DNA of 64,000 nucleotides from Nemertoderma westbladi (lineage: Eukaryota > Animalia > Xenacoelomorpha): contig JAUCBJ010003832.1 in NCBI GenBank assembly GCA_032718475.1, positions 56,392-120,391 on the forward strand, in the 5' to 3' direction. Below are positions 1-12,810 of this stretch, in pieces (the first letter of the stretch is position 1; every line of letters begins with the position of its first letter). The notes beneath the pieces are model-generated. The model was not told the origin of the DNA and did not search any database. It saw nothing but the letters and a program-made list of their open reading frames with translations. Made by a program: the position numbers and the translations under genes.

Positions 1-219
1 AATAAAATGACTAAGTAAACTGGTGACCGACCCCATTAGCTACTACATTAGCGGACAAAGTTCAGTAGCTTTACGGACAATGTTGCATATCCCAGTGTGA
101 ACGTGGATACAGTGCCTTAGCAACCTTCAGTTTCTTTGGTGCTGCTTGCTGGTTCAAACCCGAGACAAGTTTGTAGAAATTAGGCACTTTTATGTCCCCA
201 GGCAATACACCCAGCGGTT

Positions 220-1420
220 TTAACCCTATATGGCCAGGGGGGGGGGTCATTTTATAAATTTTTTCGTAATTCATCTGTATCTTTGAGTCAAAGTTTGTTT
301 GGAAAACAGATTTCGTGACTTTTCCTAAAATTTAATGGACTATCCAACAGAGCAAAAGCCATTTATATGGCTTTGATAGTTTTCGTGCTGTGGTCCCTTT
401 CTGCCACTGGCACTCATCTCCATTTTTTTCGTGCTAAAATGTGTAAAAAGTGTTTATGGCTCACTAAAATTAATTTCTTTGCGGAATATAACGGTTTTTT
501 TGGATGCTGATAACGATTATGGAACTCAAAAATAACATTCTAGAAAAGTTTTGGTAATTTTGAAACTGCCCTCTGGGACACGAAAAAAACAAGTAGTGCA
601 AATATGATAATGAAAAATCACCACAAAATCAAATTGATTTTATGACCATATGGGTTTTTTTCTGATGCTGATCACGAATATGACACTGAAACATATCGTA
701 CAATGTTGATTATGAAATTTTTTGGGATGTGTCAATGTGCGGCACAAAAAATACAAGTAGCACAAATTTGATAATCAAAAAGATTTTCATTACCAAATCA
801 ACCTGATTTTTTGACATGATGGGTTTTCTAGGACGCTGATCACGAATATGACACTCAAAAATATCGTATTATAAAAACAAATTCTATTTTTGCCGTTTGA
901 AATACATTTTTTGCTACTTGTATTTTTCGTCCCACCTGACAAGAACCAAAAATGATAGTTGCATTACCACGAATGATTTTTAATGAGTTGTATCGTGATC
1001 AGCGACCAGTATAGCTTCAGAATTACCAAACCAAAGGCACAATTTAACAGTTTGTAATTTTTTGATACTTGTACTTTTCGTTCATGGACACCAGAATGGC
1101 ACAAAAATTGGACTTACATTGCAAGAAGTATATATAACTAGCTTCATCGCTATCGGCGATCTCGAAAACCCGTTTAATTATCAAACCAAACACAAAATTG
1201 TTTAGTTTGAAAAAATTTTTACAAGTACTTTTCGTCCGGGGGGACCCAAATAGCATCAAAAATGATGTTTGCATTGCCAGAAAATACTTTTAACAAGTTT
1301 TATCGTGATCAGAGATCTCAAAAACACTTATACCATCAAAATTGTAATTTTTGAGCCAAGATCTAAAAAATTTCTAAAATAACCAGCCCCTGCTGCCGAC
1401 TGTGGGTCCCAAACACTTTT
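220..1420. mobile_element. Probable non-autonomous DNA transposon remnant(s) with internal repeats
   Basis: Recurrent gggtttt...gctgatcacgaatatgacact motif (about 495, 650, 820) and inverted copies (about 990-1320); ttaaccct at about 220; ends not resolved. Confidence 0.45.
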
Positions 1421-1762
1421 TGTTAATGCATAACCCATATATAATTATACTCCCTTATTAGAATTCGCGGTATGGGTCGTAACCGCTGAATAACTAAGAC
1501 TACAGATTAAACCCATCCGTTAGTATGGGCTGCAGTCACTATTTTGTTCAATTTTATTTAGATTTTGTGTCGCTCTGCGTTGGTATTGCTCGATTTCTTG
1601 CTTGCATCCCGATGGTTTGTTGCTGTTTATTCATCCATCGTCCCATTCAGTAGTTAACAACTAAGTTATAAGTATATTGCTTTGAATTTATCATTATAAT
1701 AATCAAAAGTATCTAAAATTAAAGCTCTTGAATTTAGACAATCATCAGCCTCGTATGAAATT

Positions 1763-2264
1763 TGGTTCGGTGGTGGGTTGTGTAGGAATGGTTCGGCCGC
1801 TAAGGGGTGGTTCGGTAGTGGGTTGTGTAGGAATGGTTCGGCCGCTAAGGGGTGGTTCGGTAGTGGGTTGGGTAGGAATGGTTCGGCCGCGAAGGGGTGG
1901 TTCGGTGGTGGGTTGGGTAGGAATGGTTCGTCCACTAAGGGGTGGTTCGGTAGTGGGTTGGGTAGGAATGGTTCGTCCACTAAGGGGTGGTTCGGTAGTG
2001 GGTTGGGTAGGAATGGTTCGGCCGCGAAGGGGTGGTTCAGTGGTGGGTTGGGTAGGAATTGTTCGTCCACTAAGGGGTGGTTCGGTAGTGGGTTGGGTAG
2101 GAATGGTTCGTCCACTAAGGGGTGGTTCGGTAGTGGGTTGGGTAGGAATGGTTCGGCCGCGAAGGGGTGGTTCGGTGGTGGGTTGGGTAGGAATGGTTCG
2201 TCCACTAAGGGGTGGTTCGGTAGTGGGTTGGGTAGGAATGGTTCGGCCGCGAAGGGGTGGTTCA
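1763..2264. repeat. 45-bp G-rich minisatellite, about 11 copies
   Basis: Unit ggtggttcggtagtgggttgggtaggaatggttcgtccactaagg; explains the repetitive ORFs on both strands. Confidence 0.95.
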
Positions 2265-2896
2265 ATACATCAACTTGCCAGTCGGGATCACCACCCCCTC
2301 CAAACCCCTGGACCTTCAACTTTGCTGGTGAATGACAAAATAAAAGTAAATTTAAATCTGAACGTAATCCGTACCTGGGCTTGAGACTGTAACTAAGAAT
2401 GTACCGTGGTTCCCTACAGAATACAATATATTGAATGTGAGGTTGTCGAAGAACATAGGAAAGATTGTAAAAATCCCCCCCCCCCCCCCCCCCCCCCATG
2501 CTGTAAAACATTGTTATATTACATTTTTCGGACCTCATCTGTACGTAAACACCATAGAATAATATTGATAATGATTCCCTATGTAAAACCAAGATAATGG
2601 ATTAGCCGTAACGCGACAAGTAGTCGTAACGCGACTTTCAGAGTAGCCGTACGGCGACTTTAAAGGTCGCGTTACGGCTAATCTCCCAAAAAATTAGCCG
2701 TAACGCGACGACACCGACCAAACTACCAAGAGAGCCAACGAATCTAATGGTTAGCACAGTCGCGTTTAAGGCTATAATAAACACTGACAACCAACGGAGT
2801 TATCCATTTGTTCAATTGAGTTGTTCTTGGAGCCAACAGGCCTAGCCAGTTTATATAGATTTACAAACTTTTACAATTTTTTCTTGTTCTTCACAG

Positions 2897-3046
2897 ATAT
2901 GAAGCTCCTCGAATGAGTCTGTTGGGTAAACCTATCCACTACCCAACTAGTCCCAGACACGCCCAAGTCAGAAGAATACAAAGCAAGATATACAATTTTC
3001 TCGAAAGACCTACAGGATGGAAAGCATTCCTTTATCACGCGCTGTT
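2897..3046 (+). CDS. KCNQ: KCNQ/Kv7 channel, first visible coding exon (N-terminal cytoplasmic to pre-S1)
   Basis: ttcacag acceptor; YEAPRMSLLGKPIHYPTSPRHAQVRRIQSKIYNFLERPTGWKAFLYHAL contains the KCNQ YNFLERPxGW motif; gtaagt donor at 3047. An upstream exon or start codon was not identified. Confidence 0.92.
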
Positions 3047-5058
3047 GTAAGTATTGTAATATATTTCTTACAAATTTAAATGTATTGAAATAGAATGGAC
3101 TGACCCTATGTACGCCAAAATTCACTAAATTTTTAAGTAACGATTGTAAAACGTATGATTAGAATGAATAATAAAGATTATCATATTTACTACATCTTTA
3201 ATTTATTATTTAATGACGTACTGGGACTGACGCGATATTCTTAAGATTTCTTTAAACACTAGGTGCCAGGTCCAGATCCAGGACCTGGCACCCTTAGATA
3301 GACTCATTCCGAGTAGACTCTGTATTTCTTGATGGTGTGGGTGTGTGGGCGTGGGGGGGGGGGGGGTGTGTATGTATTTAGGTGTGTATGTGTGTGTGTA
3401 TAGGCTGTAACTATCATAACTATTAAATCATAATTTGCAATATTAAACATTATGAATGATCTACGGATGCAACCTGACAGTTTCCTTATAAGAAGATCAA
3501 GCATTATCTCAACCTAATCGATATAATCTTAATTTCTTCGTGAATCTAATTAGTTGAGCAATATCTTTAAATCGTTGATAAATGCCTCAAGGTGGTTAAC
3601 ATTATTATGAGACATTGTTCTCGCCATAAGTAGGTGAATTCTCAGAGTGATTGTCCATAATCAGGGTGAGAGTAAATTATCAGGCGGGACTGCATTCTCA
3701 GGGTAAGAGATTATGAAATGGATATTGCATATCCGTTGCAGGACAAAGATGCTGTCTTGGGGTAGGAGTGCAGTGCACTCTAAGGACGAGAATGTTGTCA
3801 CTGTAGTGTCTTCTGTCTTTTACAATTTACTGCCACCAGCTAGGCAGCTACCGGTATTCATATTAATGATTTAATAATTTTGACACATCGTCACTGTTAA
3901 TGGTGATTTACAGAGAAAATACAAGGTTACTATGTTAATATAAATGATGTAATGTAAATATGATTATGTTCAGAAATGGAAAAAATGAGAAAGCACGTCA
4001 CCGGGGGTTGAACCAGCGCTATACGTACGGTTCGGCCTATCAGACCTCATTCATTTTTGAACAAAACCATTTACATTACATCATTAATTACAGTTGCAAC
4101 AGCTCATCTCCAATTTATGTTAATATTAAGTTTATGCCAACTACTAAGAGAATGGCAAAGGCCGTGATGATTAATATAGACCACTTTATGACAAAATATT
4201 ACTTGGAAGCCCATTTACAATTGAAATTTCAACCATTATATTGTATTGGTGGGGGGTAAACTCTACGCATACTCTTACACATATGTGTGTCGTAAATGAA
4301 GGTATAACGTTTACCCCGTATTGGTGAATGAATAAAGCTTGAGCCGGTGGGGTAGAAGAATTATCGGGCCGAGTTTGTCACACTTTGGCAAACCGCCATA
4401 CTGTATTCTAATAAAAACAAATAATGCGTACAAAATTGAGAATGGAAACTCGCTATTATTTGTGAAATGTATGTCGGCAAATATTGGTGAAAATGTATGT
4501 TTCAACAGAATGCTGCAATATACTGGCAACCAACGCACTTACACTACAACCCACCATAAACCTCATTGTAAGTTCAGAAGATTTAGAGAGATAACAAGTT
4601 TTATCTCTATGCCACCCCCTCGCTAATATATACAACGATATATGCTCCTTTGCTAGCTTGCTCAGTACATATCCTATCCCATCTGAATAACCGCATATTA
4701 TTAATAAGAAACATTTTATTGAACTCGAGGAGCAGTTGCAACTCGAATGTTTCGTGTTCAAGTAATATTGCCTCAACCTACATCTATTGTAGTGAAAATT
4801 ATTTCGTTAGAGTATGGTCATGGGAGCGGTCAGGCAGGGATGGGATAGAAGCTCTCAAGGTGGGGACACTCCTATCAATTCACATGGGAATTTGCACTCA
4901 ATTGGTAAAGAAACTATCCCTCCATGGGTAATGTTGTTAGTAACAGTGCATGTATTAAAAGTAATATATACATTAAACAAACATAGCCTCAACACAAAGT
5001 CATATAGAGAGGAGATATTATTGAGTTAGAATGTGCAACCATCTGCTTCATATACCTA

Positions 5059-5206
5059 TTAGTTGTAGGAATCCAAAGATATCCTGGCCATTGAACTCCT
5101 GTAATCAACGGTGTTGTCAGAAAGCCAGGCACTTGAGCCAAACTGTTTGCGTCGTAAATAAATAGCAGCCTGGGTATCATCAGCTAGAGGGTAAGGTTTC
5201 CTTGAC
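5059..5206 (-). CDS. Nested Shisa-like protein, terminal exon (cytoplasmic tail)
   Basis: tttatttag acceptor in phase 2; SRKPYPLADDTQAAIYLRRKQFGSSAWLSDNTVDYRSSMARISLDSYN then TAA. Confidence 0.65.
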
Positions 5207-6739
5207 CTAAATAAATTAAATGAAATTATGTAATGAAAATATATGAATTTATTCACTAAAGGATGCTTGGTTAAGTTTATGGATGCACTGCAGGGTCATT
5301 AGATGAGGCCTCAGTCATTAGAACCTGTTTGTAGGCTCAATGACTTCTGCAAAAATGCTGGAGTAGATGTTTAGTCGTGTATAGACGACATATCGCCAGC
5401 ATGCGGTTAAGTCCTTTGCCTAGATAGAAATAAAACATTATTATTATACTAAATATACTATTATTATATGATAATCATTATTCTGTCAGAGTGGACCACG
5501 AACTGGGAGATGGTTGTTGACAAGTACACTTTGCACAGCATAGCCATTGAATACCATCTGAATTAACTGTCAGATGTCTAAATTAACTGTCAGAACGTAC
5601 CTGAATTTAGATATATTAAATAAGGTTATCAAGAAGGGAAAATATGACATCAATGAGTGCAAGTCAGTTCCTAAAATTGAAGTTTCGAAAAAGAAACAAC
5701 AGAGATAATCGTTGTGGTAAGATTAATCATCATAAGAGCTAATAGGAGGGAAGTGGAAATAGTGAGGAAATACACTTTGACTAAATTTGACTACATCAAC
5801 ATGAATTGGCATTATACCAATGTAGCACACCTGAAGGGAAATATCAGTGCCTTTCAAATTTCACACACTCTTGGTTATCTCCCAAACTGTAGATAAATTT
5901 ACTTTTTCGTATATTCTATCGAACAGATACATTCTCCTCTCTGCAAGGTCTGTACACCAACTATCAATGTTTGCCATTAGAACAACCTTCATCTCCAAAT
6001 CTGATAGTATTCAGCCATATCACCTAACATCCTTTGGTTTTCCTTGTCTGTGGAACATTAATTACAATGTCATAATTTCTGTCCAATCTCATTTTCACTG
6101 ATAATTGCAGTGGCAGACAGTTCTTGATCAATGAAATTGCTGGCAAGTATATTTAAAATACATTTTGTTGCTGTCGAAATGGAAGTTGTAAGTAGGTAGG
6201 TGATTTAATTGGAATTTGGCAGGGATTAAATGGGATGAGGCACCACACCCCCTAAACCGGGGTGTTGACGTTTGAACAGTTATTGCATGAACATTGCTAC
6301 ACTACAGTGCTGTCCTTGTTCACTATTATCAAATATAATCCGATTCCTGGTAGATTTAAGCTGAAAAAAACACAAACAGATAAAATACCATTATAATCTT
6401 AGTGAACCTATAGCACTCAGCACTGAATTGCCTAGATTGTAAGACATCCACAAAGCACAAACTAACTGCCTATCAATCTTTTACAATATGTTTATAGGCC
6501 TACTTCTAATGGCATCAAAAAGACAGGACGACCTCGGAGATTTATATAACTCGAGTGGAGATTATCGCAGAGGAACCATTTAATTGACTGATAGCCTTCA
6601 AATACTTTTATACACAGAAATAACATCAACTAGGACTATCACCTACAAAATAAATCGGGAGGCTACTACTGATTCCAACAATTGAATAGCATGCATTCAG
6701 TATAGACGTAACATTTTATCTAAAGGAAGGCGTTGTTAA

Positions 6740-8277
6740 GGGGGGGGTACACCCCCCAATACCAACATTTTTATAATGTTATATATCTTCAAAAATATAG
6801 GCGGCACGCCATACCTCTATATATCATCGGATAGAGGAATAAAAACTGGTTTTAACTGAAATAAAAAAAATCAACAATTTTGGCCGCTAGGGGGCGCCAC
6901 AGCAATAATCACAAAAATAGAGATACATTTTTTGAAACGAAATTTCTCCACCAATTCCCAATATTTTTCAAAAAATTTTTTTGCGCTATAATCACCTTGA
7001 GTAACTTTAAAATTCCATAAGAGGATTTTTTGATATCTGCTCTAGGTCGCAGTCCACGTGTATATTAATAAATTTTTAGGTGTTGTAGGAGCTCCAAGTA
7101 CCATAAAAGACGAAATAGGCCAAATTTTAAAAATTCCTCTTATGGAAAGTTGCGTCTCCGTGGGACCTTTCAGGGAAAAAAAAAATTTTTAAATTTCGCC
7201 AAGAAATGGCTGAATAAAAGCTATTTTAGTGCAAAATTATAAAGTTGAGAAAAACGCAATTAAACTTTCTGGTGTCTATTTCTGTTTTTCTGTCTGTCTG
7301 TCTGTCTGTCTGTCAAATTTATGTCTCTAAATAAGGAAGCACGCCGCCTCACTAAAATTTTCGTTATGGGGGTTTTCCAGGTCGCTGATTTCATTTCCAA
7401 TCTCACTTTTTATTTCTGACTTCACATTGTCGGTCTGTCTGTCTGTCCGTCTTTATGTCAGTTTATAGGTCTATATGTCAAAACATAAGAAAGCACGCAA
7501 CCTCGCCAAAATTTTTGTTACAGGGGTTTTCCAGGTTGCCGATTTCATTTCCGATCTCAGTTTTTATTTCTGACTTCACATTGTCGGTTGGTCTGTCTGT
7601 CCGACTTTATGTCAGTTTATAGGTCTATATGTCAAAACATAAGAAAGCACGCAACCTCGCCAAAATTTTTGTTACAGGGGTTTTCCAGGTCGCCGATTTC
7701 ATTTCCGATCTCAGTTTTTATTTCTGACTTCACATTGTCGGTTGGTCTGTCTGTCCGTCTTTATGTCAGTTTATAGGTCTATATGTCAAAACATAAGAAA
7801 GCACGCAACCTCGCCAAAATTTTTGTTACAGGGGTTTTCCAGGTCGCCGATTTCATTTCCGATCTCAGTTTTTATTTCTGACTTCACATTGTCGGTTGGT
7901 CTGTCTGTCCGTCTTTATGTCAGTTTATAGGTCTATATGTCTATATACACACAAACAGACAGACAGACACACGAACAGACAACCAGGCAGGAAGACAGAT
8001 AGATGGACTTGATTCCACCAAACATCAAAACTAACTTCGGAAATGAAGTCAACGCCAATAACAACTGCCAAAACGAAAATATGAGTAAGTCATATGGTTT
8101 CTTATATATTGTTGGACAGAATGACAGACATATGAACGGACAAACGGCTATAACTCCAGAACTAAAAGAGGTATCGCTAAGCCGTTTTCAGATTTGAAAT
8201 CCTCATTAAATTCTGCTCTAAGTGAAATAAAAAACAAAAATCTGAAAATTTTGACCCAGGGGGGGTGTACCCCCCCC
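6740..8277. mobile_element. Non-autonomous TIR transposon flanked by TTAA (Kolobok-like), with an internal 154-bp tandem array
   Basis: TTAA|ggggggggtacacccccc ... gggggggtgtaccccccc|TTAA; about four 154-bp units at about 7335-7940; no transposase ORF. Confidence 0.85.
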
Positions 8278-8519
8278 TTAAGTAAATAGCATCATAACTA
8301 CCTAGTATGTAACGATGACGTCAAATAAGCACGAGATGGCCACTACCAAACTCTAAATTCTCTACAAAATTGATGATTTATATATAATTTTCGGAAAAAC
8401 CCATTTTTTCAATACTTTGTAGACAAATGAAAGGCTACATCACGATTATGGATTACAGCAACAATAAAGCCGATGTTACTAAGCTGTTCTCAATTAAGTC
8501 TTATGAATGGGATAATCTT

Positions 8520-8762
8520 TTAGGCTCGTTAAGCCAAGGAATGCCTGTTCACCACCATGGGTAATCTTCCACAGTAATGGAAGACCTTCCATTCTGTTTC
8601 CCAAGTTGCCTTGGTTTCCATTTATCGACCACTGAAGGATGAAAGCCGGGGTTGGGCTAGGGTGCAGCATTTAAAGCACTGTGCCCAAATAGTGCTGCCC
8701 CATCTTGGGATCGAACCAGGGCTCCCTAATTAGAAGCCCAGGAATGTCATCACTAGACCAAG
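8520..8762 (-). mobile_element. tRNA-derived SINE
   Basis: Minus strand: A box tggtctagtg and B box ggttcgatcc, then body gctttcatccttcagtggtcgataaatgg; a second partial body copy lies at about 11145-11278. Confidence 0.75.
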
Positions 8763-9018
8763 CTGATGATAATTGATATGATAATGATAATTGGAGTCCA
8801 AGTTATTTAATATACTTTTATAAGCTTAATATGCTTGATGAAGTCTTATAATATATATATATACCCTGTATTGCTGTATATTGTTTGTTGTTTTAGTACT
8901 GTACACGCACCTGGTAGGCATACATATGCTTGTTTATTGAGTTTTTTTATTTTTCCTTGTCACTGAATCTCAGTACAGGACAGAACGTTCTCATATAATA
9001 TAAATTTTATCAATTTAC

Positions 9019-9030
9019 CTTGAACAGAAC
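9019..9030 (-). CDS. Nested Shisa-like protein, 12-nt microexon (Q-F-C-S-R)
   Basis: tttacag|gttctgttcaag|gtaaat; phase 2-2, frame-preserving. Confidence 0.55.
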
Positions 9031-9395
9031 CTGTAAACGTAGTATAAATAATGTTGAATTATATAAATAATCATAATCACATATTCAGTGACGTTATGCC
9101 TTTATAATTTTTGTTCAGTACAGCTTATCAAAGTCGGTATTGGAGTCCAAGTTATTTAATATACTTTTATAAATATATTATATTCAATTCATCCGAAATT
9201 TATGAGGTGTGCTCTAAATCAAGCTCTACCATAAAGTATACACTTTACAACCCAGGTACATGTAGAAGTAAACCTAATACGCACTTGTAGGTAGGTGTCT
9301 GTAAATAGACGGCAGGTGTCCATTATAAATTACAATTACAATTTAGACAATTATTTTAGGAAATTTAGTAAAAATTTTCTTATCAGGATACTTAC

Positions 9396-9513
9396 TGTTT
9401 CGTAATATAGAAATTGAGGCCAATTAGCAGAAATACAACAACCATCATGCAAACGAGAATGGTTATGGTAGCCACAAATAACCCATAACTCATGTTATAC
9501 CTGCCTCCATTAT
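9396..9513 (-). CDS. Nested Shisa-like protein, exon 2 (transmembrane helix)
   Basis: ttacag acceptor in phase 1; DNGGRYNMSYGLFVATITILVCMMVVVFLLIGLNFYITK; gtaagt donor in phase 2; absent from the ORF track. Confidence 0.82.
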
Positions 9514-9807
9514 CTGTAACACATTAATAGGTAGTACAATACTCGAATTAATGAGAAACAAAATTATTATTAATATTATTTAGTAAATGGAATAATAGAT
9601 AAATAATAGCAAGCCCAATTAACTCAATCATTATGAATGGGAGGCTCATTAACACTTTCTATCCTGAATTATGTTCCACACCAAACAAAAATATTTCAAA
9701 TTAGACAAATTAATCAAATTTCAAACTAATTAGAAAAATAAATTAAAAATATTTCCAAAAAAATCATTTTTTACGGAATGCCAGGCTGTATACAATTGTA
9801 TACATAA

Positions 9808-10109
9808 AGACCCGTTCACATCCAACGGGACGGTACACCACGCGGTGTACCGCAGGGCAAGCGGTACACCGATGACTGTGAACGACCCAACAGGTAGTTG
9901 TGCGACAAACCGCGCGGTTTACCGCAGCCAATTTAAACAATGTTAAAACAATTAATGTAATTTCCTGTTGAATTCACAGTCGACAGATAGACAATCAGTT
10001 ACCGCAGCGGTACCGATGGATGTGAACGGGCTCCAGGTAGTGTACCGGTACCGCTGGCTTACCGCTAGACTACTTTACCGCTCACGCACCGTTGGATGTG
10101 AACGGGGCT
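9808..10109. mobile_element. PIF/Harbinger-type MITE
   Basis: TIR agacccgttcacatccaacgg / ccgttggatgtgaacggggct, flanked by TAA and TTA. Confidence 0.8.
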
Positions 10110-10905
10110 TTAGGTGTTGAACTCATGAATATGTCATGTGACTAAATGGGCAACGCGACGCAGTATGATTGGTTTTTGCAAATTATGAAACTCAAACTTC
10201 AAAAATAATAGAAATTAAATCAAATGAAAATTCTAAAAAGTAAATAACAGCTCAAAAACTAACTCTAACCAGAATTTAATCCCAAATATGAATCCATCAA
10301 TAATATCAATCAATTTATCAATATCTATAAATTTGAAGTGCTTTCAAATTTGGATATGATAGGATTGGTGTATCAGGGTGCATTGGGTAGGGCGCAGTGG
10401 GCTATGGGCATGCGAGATTGTGTGGGTAAAGGGATTATTAAGCAGAAAAACTATATACATTTCAGAACAAATCTTTCGTCGTACAAAGCTAAAAAGTGTA
10501 GTCCACAAAACCTGATGTATACAATAACTTAATTGTATACACTGACTTTGGAAAGCAGATGAGCATTAAATATGTAATTGGAAGCAGCTTAAATCTGTAA
10601 TTCGACATTCCATTTACATGTTAATAATTCTTTTTTCCCTATATCAATATGTCTTAGCACTGTATTTTATACTTGTGTACTAAGGGACTGTACTAAGGGA
10701 TATACCCTTAGGAAGCACTGGGAGAGCAATCAGCTTATTGGGTAATACATTAGAAACCCACAGCTTATGTGTGAGTAAACATTGCCTATTCCTTATGGCC
10801 TACTAGTAAAATTTGGCAACCAACACGTTTTACTATGACTGTGTATATTTCTGACATATTAAGCCATATTTCATCGTGAACACCAGTTGTTATTTTCCCA
10901 TTGCT

Positions 10906-12573
10906 TTTAATTTCGCGACAAAATAATTTCAAAAAAAACGAAATATATCGAATACCACACATAGAATCGATCTGATATTTTGTAACGCGATTCTGAACCA
11001 CCAAAGCAATATACTTGTAAAATTTCAACAAAATCGCCAGGCAGGAAGTGCCTGAACCTAGATAATTATCAGTCAGTCAGTGTTATATAACCTGAGTTTT
11101 TTACAGTAAGTATCCCGCTGTCGAGCGGGCTCCTAATGAAAGAAGCGTTAAGGCCGGGAATGCCTGTTTCACCACCATGGCTGATCGATCCATAAACACT
11201 TACTCTCCGTATTCCAAGTTAGTTTACCTTGGTTCCTATTTATCTAACAGTTTAAGGTGAAAGCCTGGGTTGGCCTGGAATGTCTCTATATATGACTAAA
11301 TTCAGAATCCATTAGAAATTCTAATAACAGCAGAAACTTGTAGTAAGGTGTAATGGGGTGTTGCTATTTTGATCTGGATTACATTTTGTCCCGTACTGTT
11401 TGACAAGTGGTAAAGCCTTCGGATTTTCCTCCAACCTAACCAGCCACCAATAACGCCATTAATCATATTTTTCTCATTTTTCCCAGAACAATATTATTTA
11501 ACAACCATTTAACGACCTATTTAATCGAACATATTTAGATTAGGGCGGAGCCGTTTTGCTTGTTTGCCCGAAGTAAAGCTTAAAAGTTATATATTACATA
11601 AACGAAATGAATAAATTATTGTGGGTTGTTTACTGTATGCCACATGCCATACCAGTGCTTCTGGAATGGTGAAAAGAGTATTGGCCATGTTTGTAATGTT
11701 ATCAGGTTAAACCACCACTGAAATGTGGAGCACATTAGTAACAGTAATAAAAAATGGAAAGGAGAGATTATATTATCGGCCTAGCCAAACTATGTAAAAA
11801 GTATACATGAATGTGAATAACACAGTTTCATTATTACTTTTACGTAATAATTAGGATATTATACTATACATGTCAAATTCCTGAATCTGATGAACTTTAT
11901 TTAGGCTTATCATGTATGCCTGAACTAACCGCAGGTGATGCGTCATATTGAGACAAAGGGGGAGGGGGAATCTCTCCATCCATCTCGGCGTAATAATATC
12001 TCGTATCAATGTTAAGTCATAAATTAAGGGAAAGGAGCAGGTTACAATGGAACGTTATTCTAACCAAAATAATTAACTAAAGTCAAAAGATCAGGTTACA
12101 GTGGCACGTTATTCTAACCAAAACAATAAATAGAACAGGTTACAGTTTTATTTTTTGAGAGCAATCAGCTGTCATTTGCGTCGATTTTCACCTGGAGAGG
12201 AGTGAATTTTGATTGCGTCGAAAGCCCACCCCCCCCCCCCCCCCATCCCCCGCCAATTTGTATATTGATGGAAGCCAATGTATGTATGTATGCAATTCAC
12301 CTAGTCAGTAGGGCCTAAAGACTGTACGAATATAATAAATCAAATTATACAACAGCTGTCAATGAATGTCTAAATACATTTAATTTCGCGACAAAAAACT
12401 AAATATATCGAATACCACACATAGAATCGATCTGAAAATTTGTAACGCAATTACGAACCTCCAAAGCAATGTATTTGCAAATTTCATAAAAAACGCCAGG
12501 CAGGAAGAGCCTGAAACCTTGATAATTACCAGTCAGTCAGTGTTATATAACCTGAGATTTTTACAGTAAGTAT
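10906..12573. repeat. Direct duplication of about 200 bp (10906-11113 and 12379-12573)
   Basis: Shared tttaatttcgcgaca...aatatatcgaataccacacatagaatcgatctga...cagtcagtcagtgttatataacctgag...ttacagtaagtat. Confidence 0.85.
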
Positions 12574-12593
12574 AATAATATAGGATTGTCTAC

Positions 12594-12810
12594 CTTCTCT
12601 TTGTGCATTCCATTGTTGGTATGTACAACAATGCAGGTCGGAGCAGCAGTACTGCTTACTAAAACGATTCTCTAGACACCATTGTGACTCTGTGCATTCT
12701 ATTGGCGCAGCTGTAGTTGGCCGCCAATTCATGGCCCGGGTTGTTTCCTGTCCGCCAACATTGTCAATGTAAACGCAACAAAGACTCCATAATATAACAA
12801 TAATAAACAT
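12594..12810 (-). CDS. Nested Shisa-like/STMC6 single-pass protein, exon 1 (signal peptide and 6-Cys domain)
   Basis: MFIIVILWSLCCVYIDNVGG signal-peptide-like start; C-x5-C-x9-CC-x4-CC (ECTESQWCLENRFSKQYCCSDLHCC); AG|gtagac donor, phase 1. Confidence 0.8.

Noticed and set aside
1666-2592. 308, 218 and 185-aa repetitive ORFs
   Set aside because: Open on both strands because the 45-bp unit is a multiple of 3 with no stops; no splice or domain support.
8695-8762. tRNA gene
   Set aside because: A and B boxes are present, but no convincing cloverleaf was found and the sequence continues into a repeated body, so it is a SINE head.
5059-12810. Calling the nested single-TM protein a KCNE
   Set aside because: KCNEs lack a cleavable signal peptide and a 6-Cys ectodomain, and no KCNE TM or juxtamembrane motif is recognisable.
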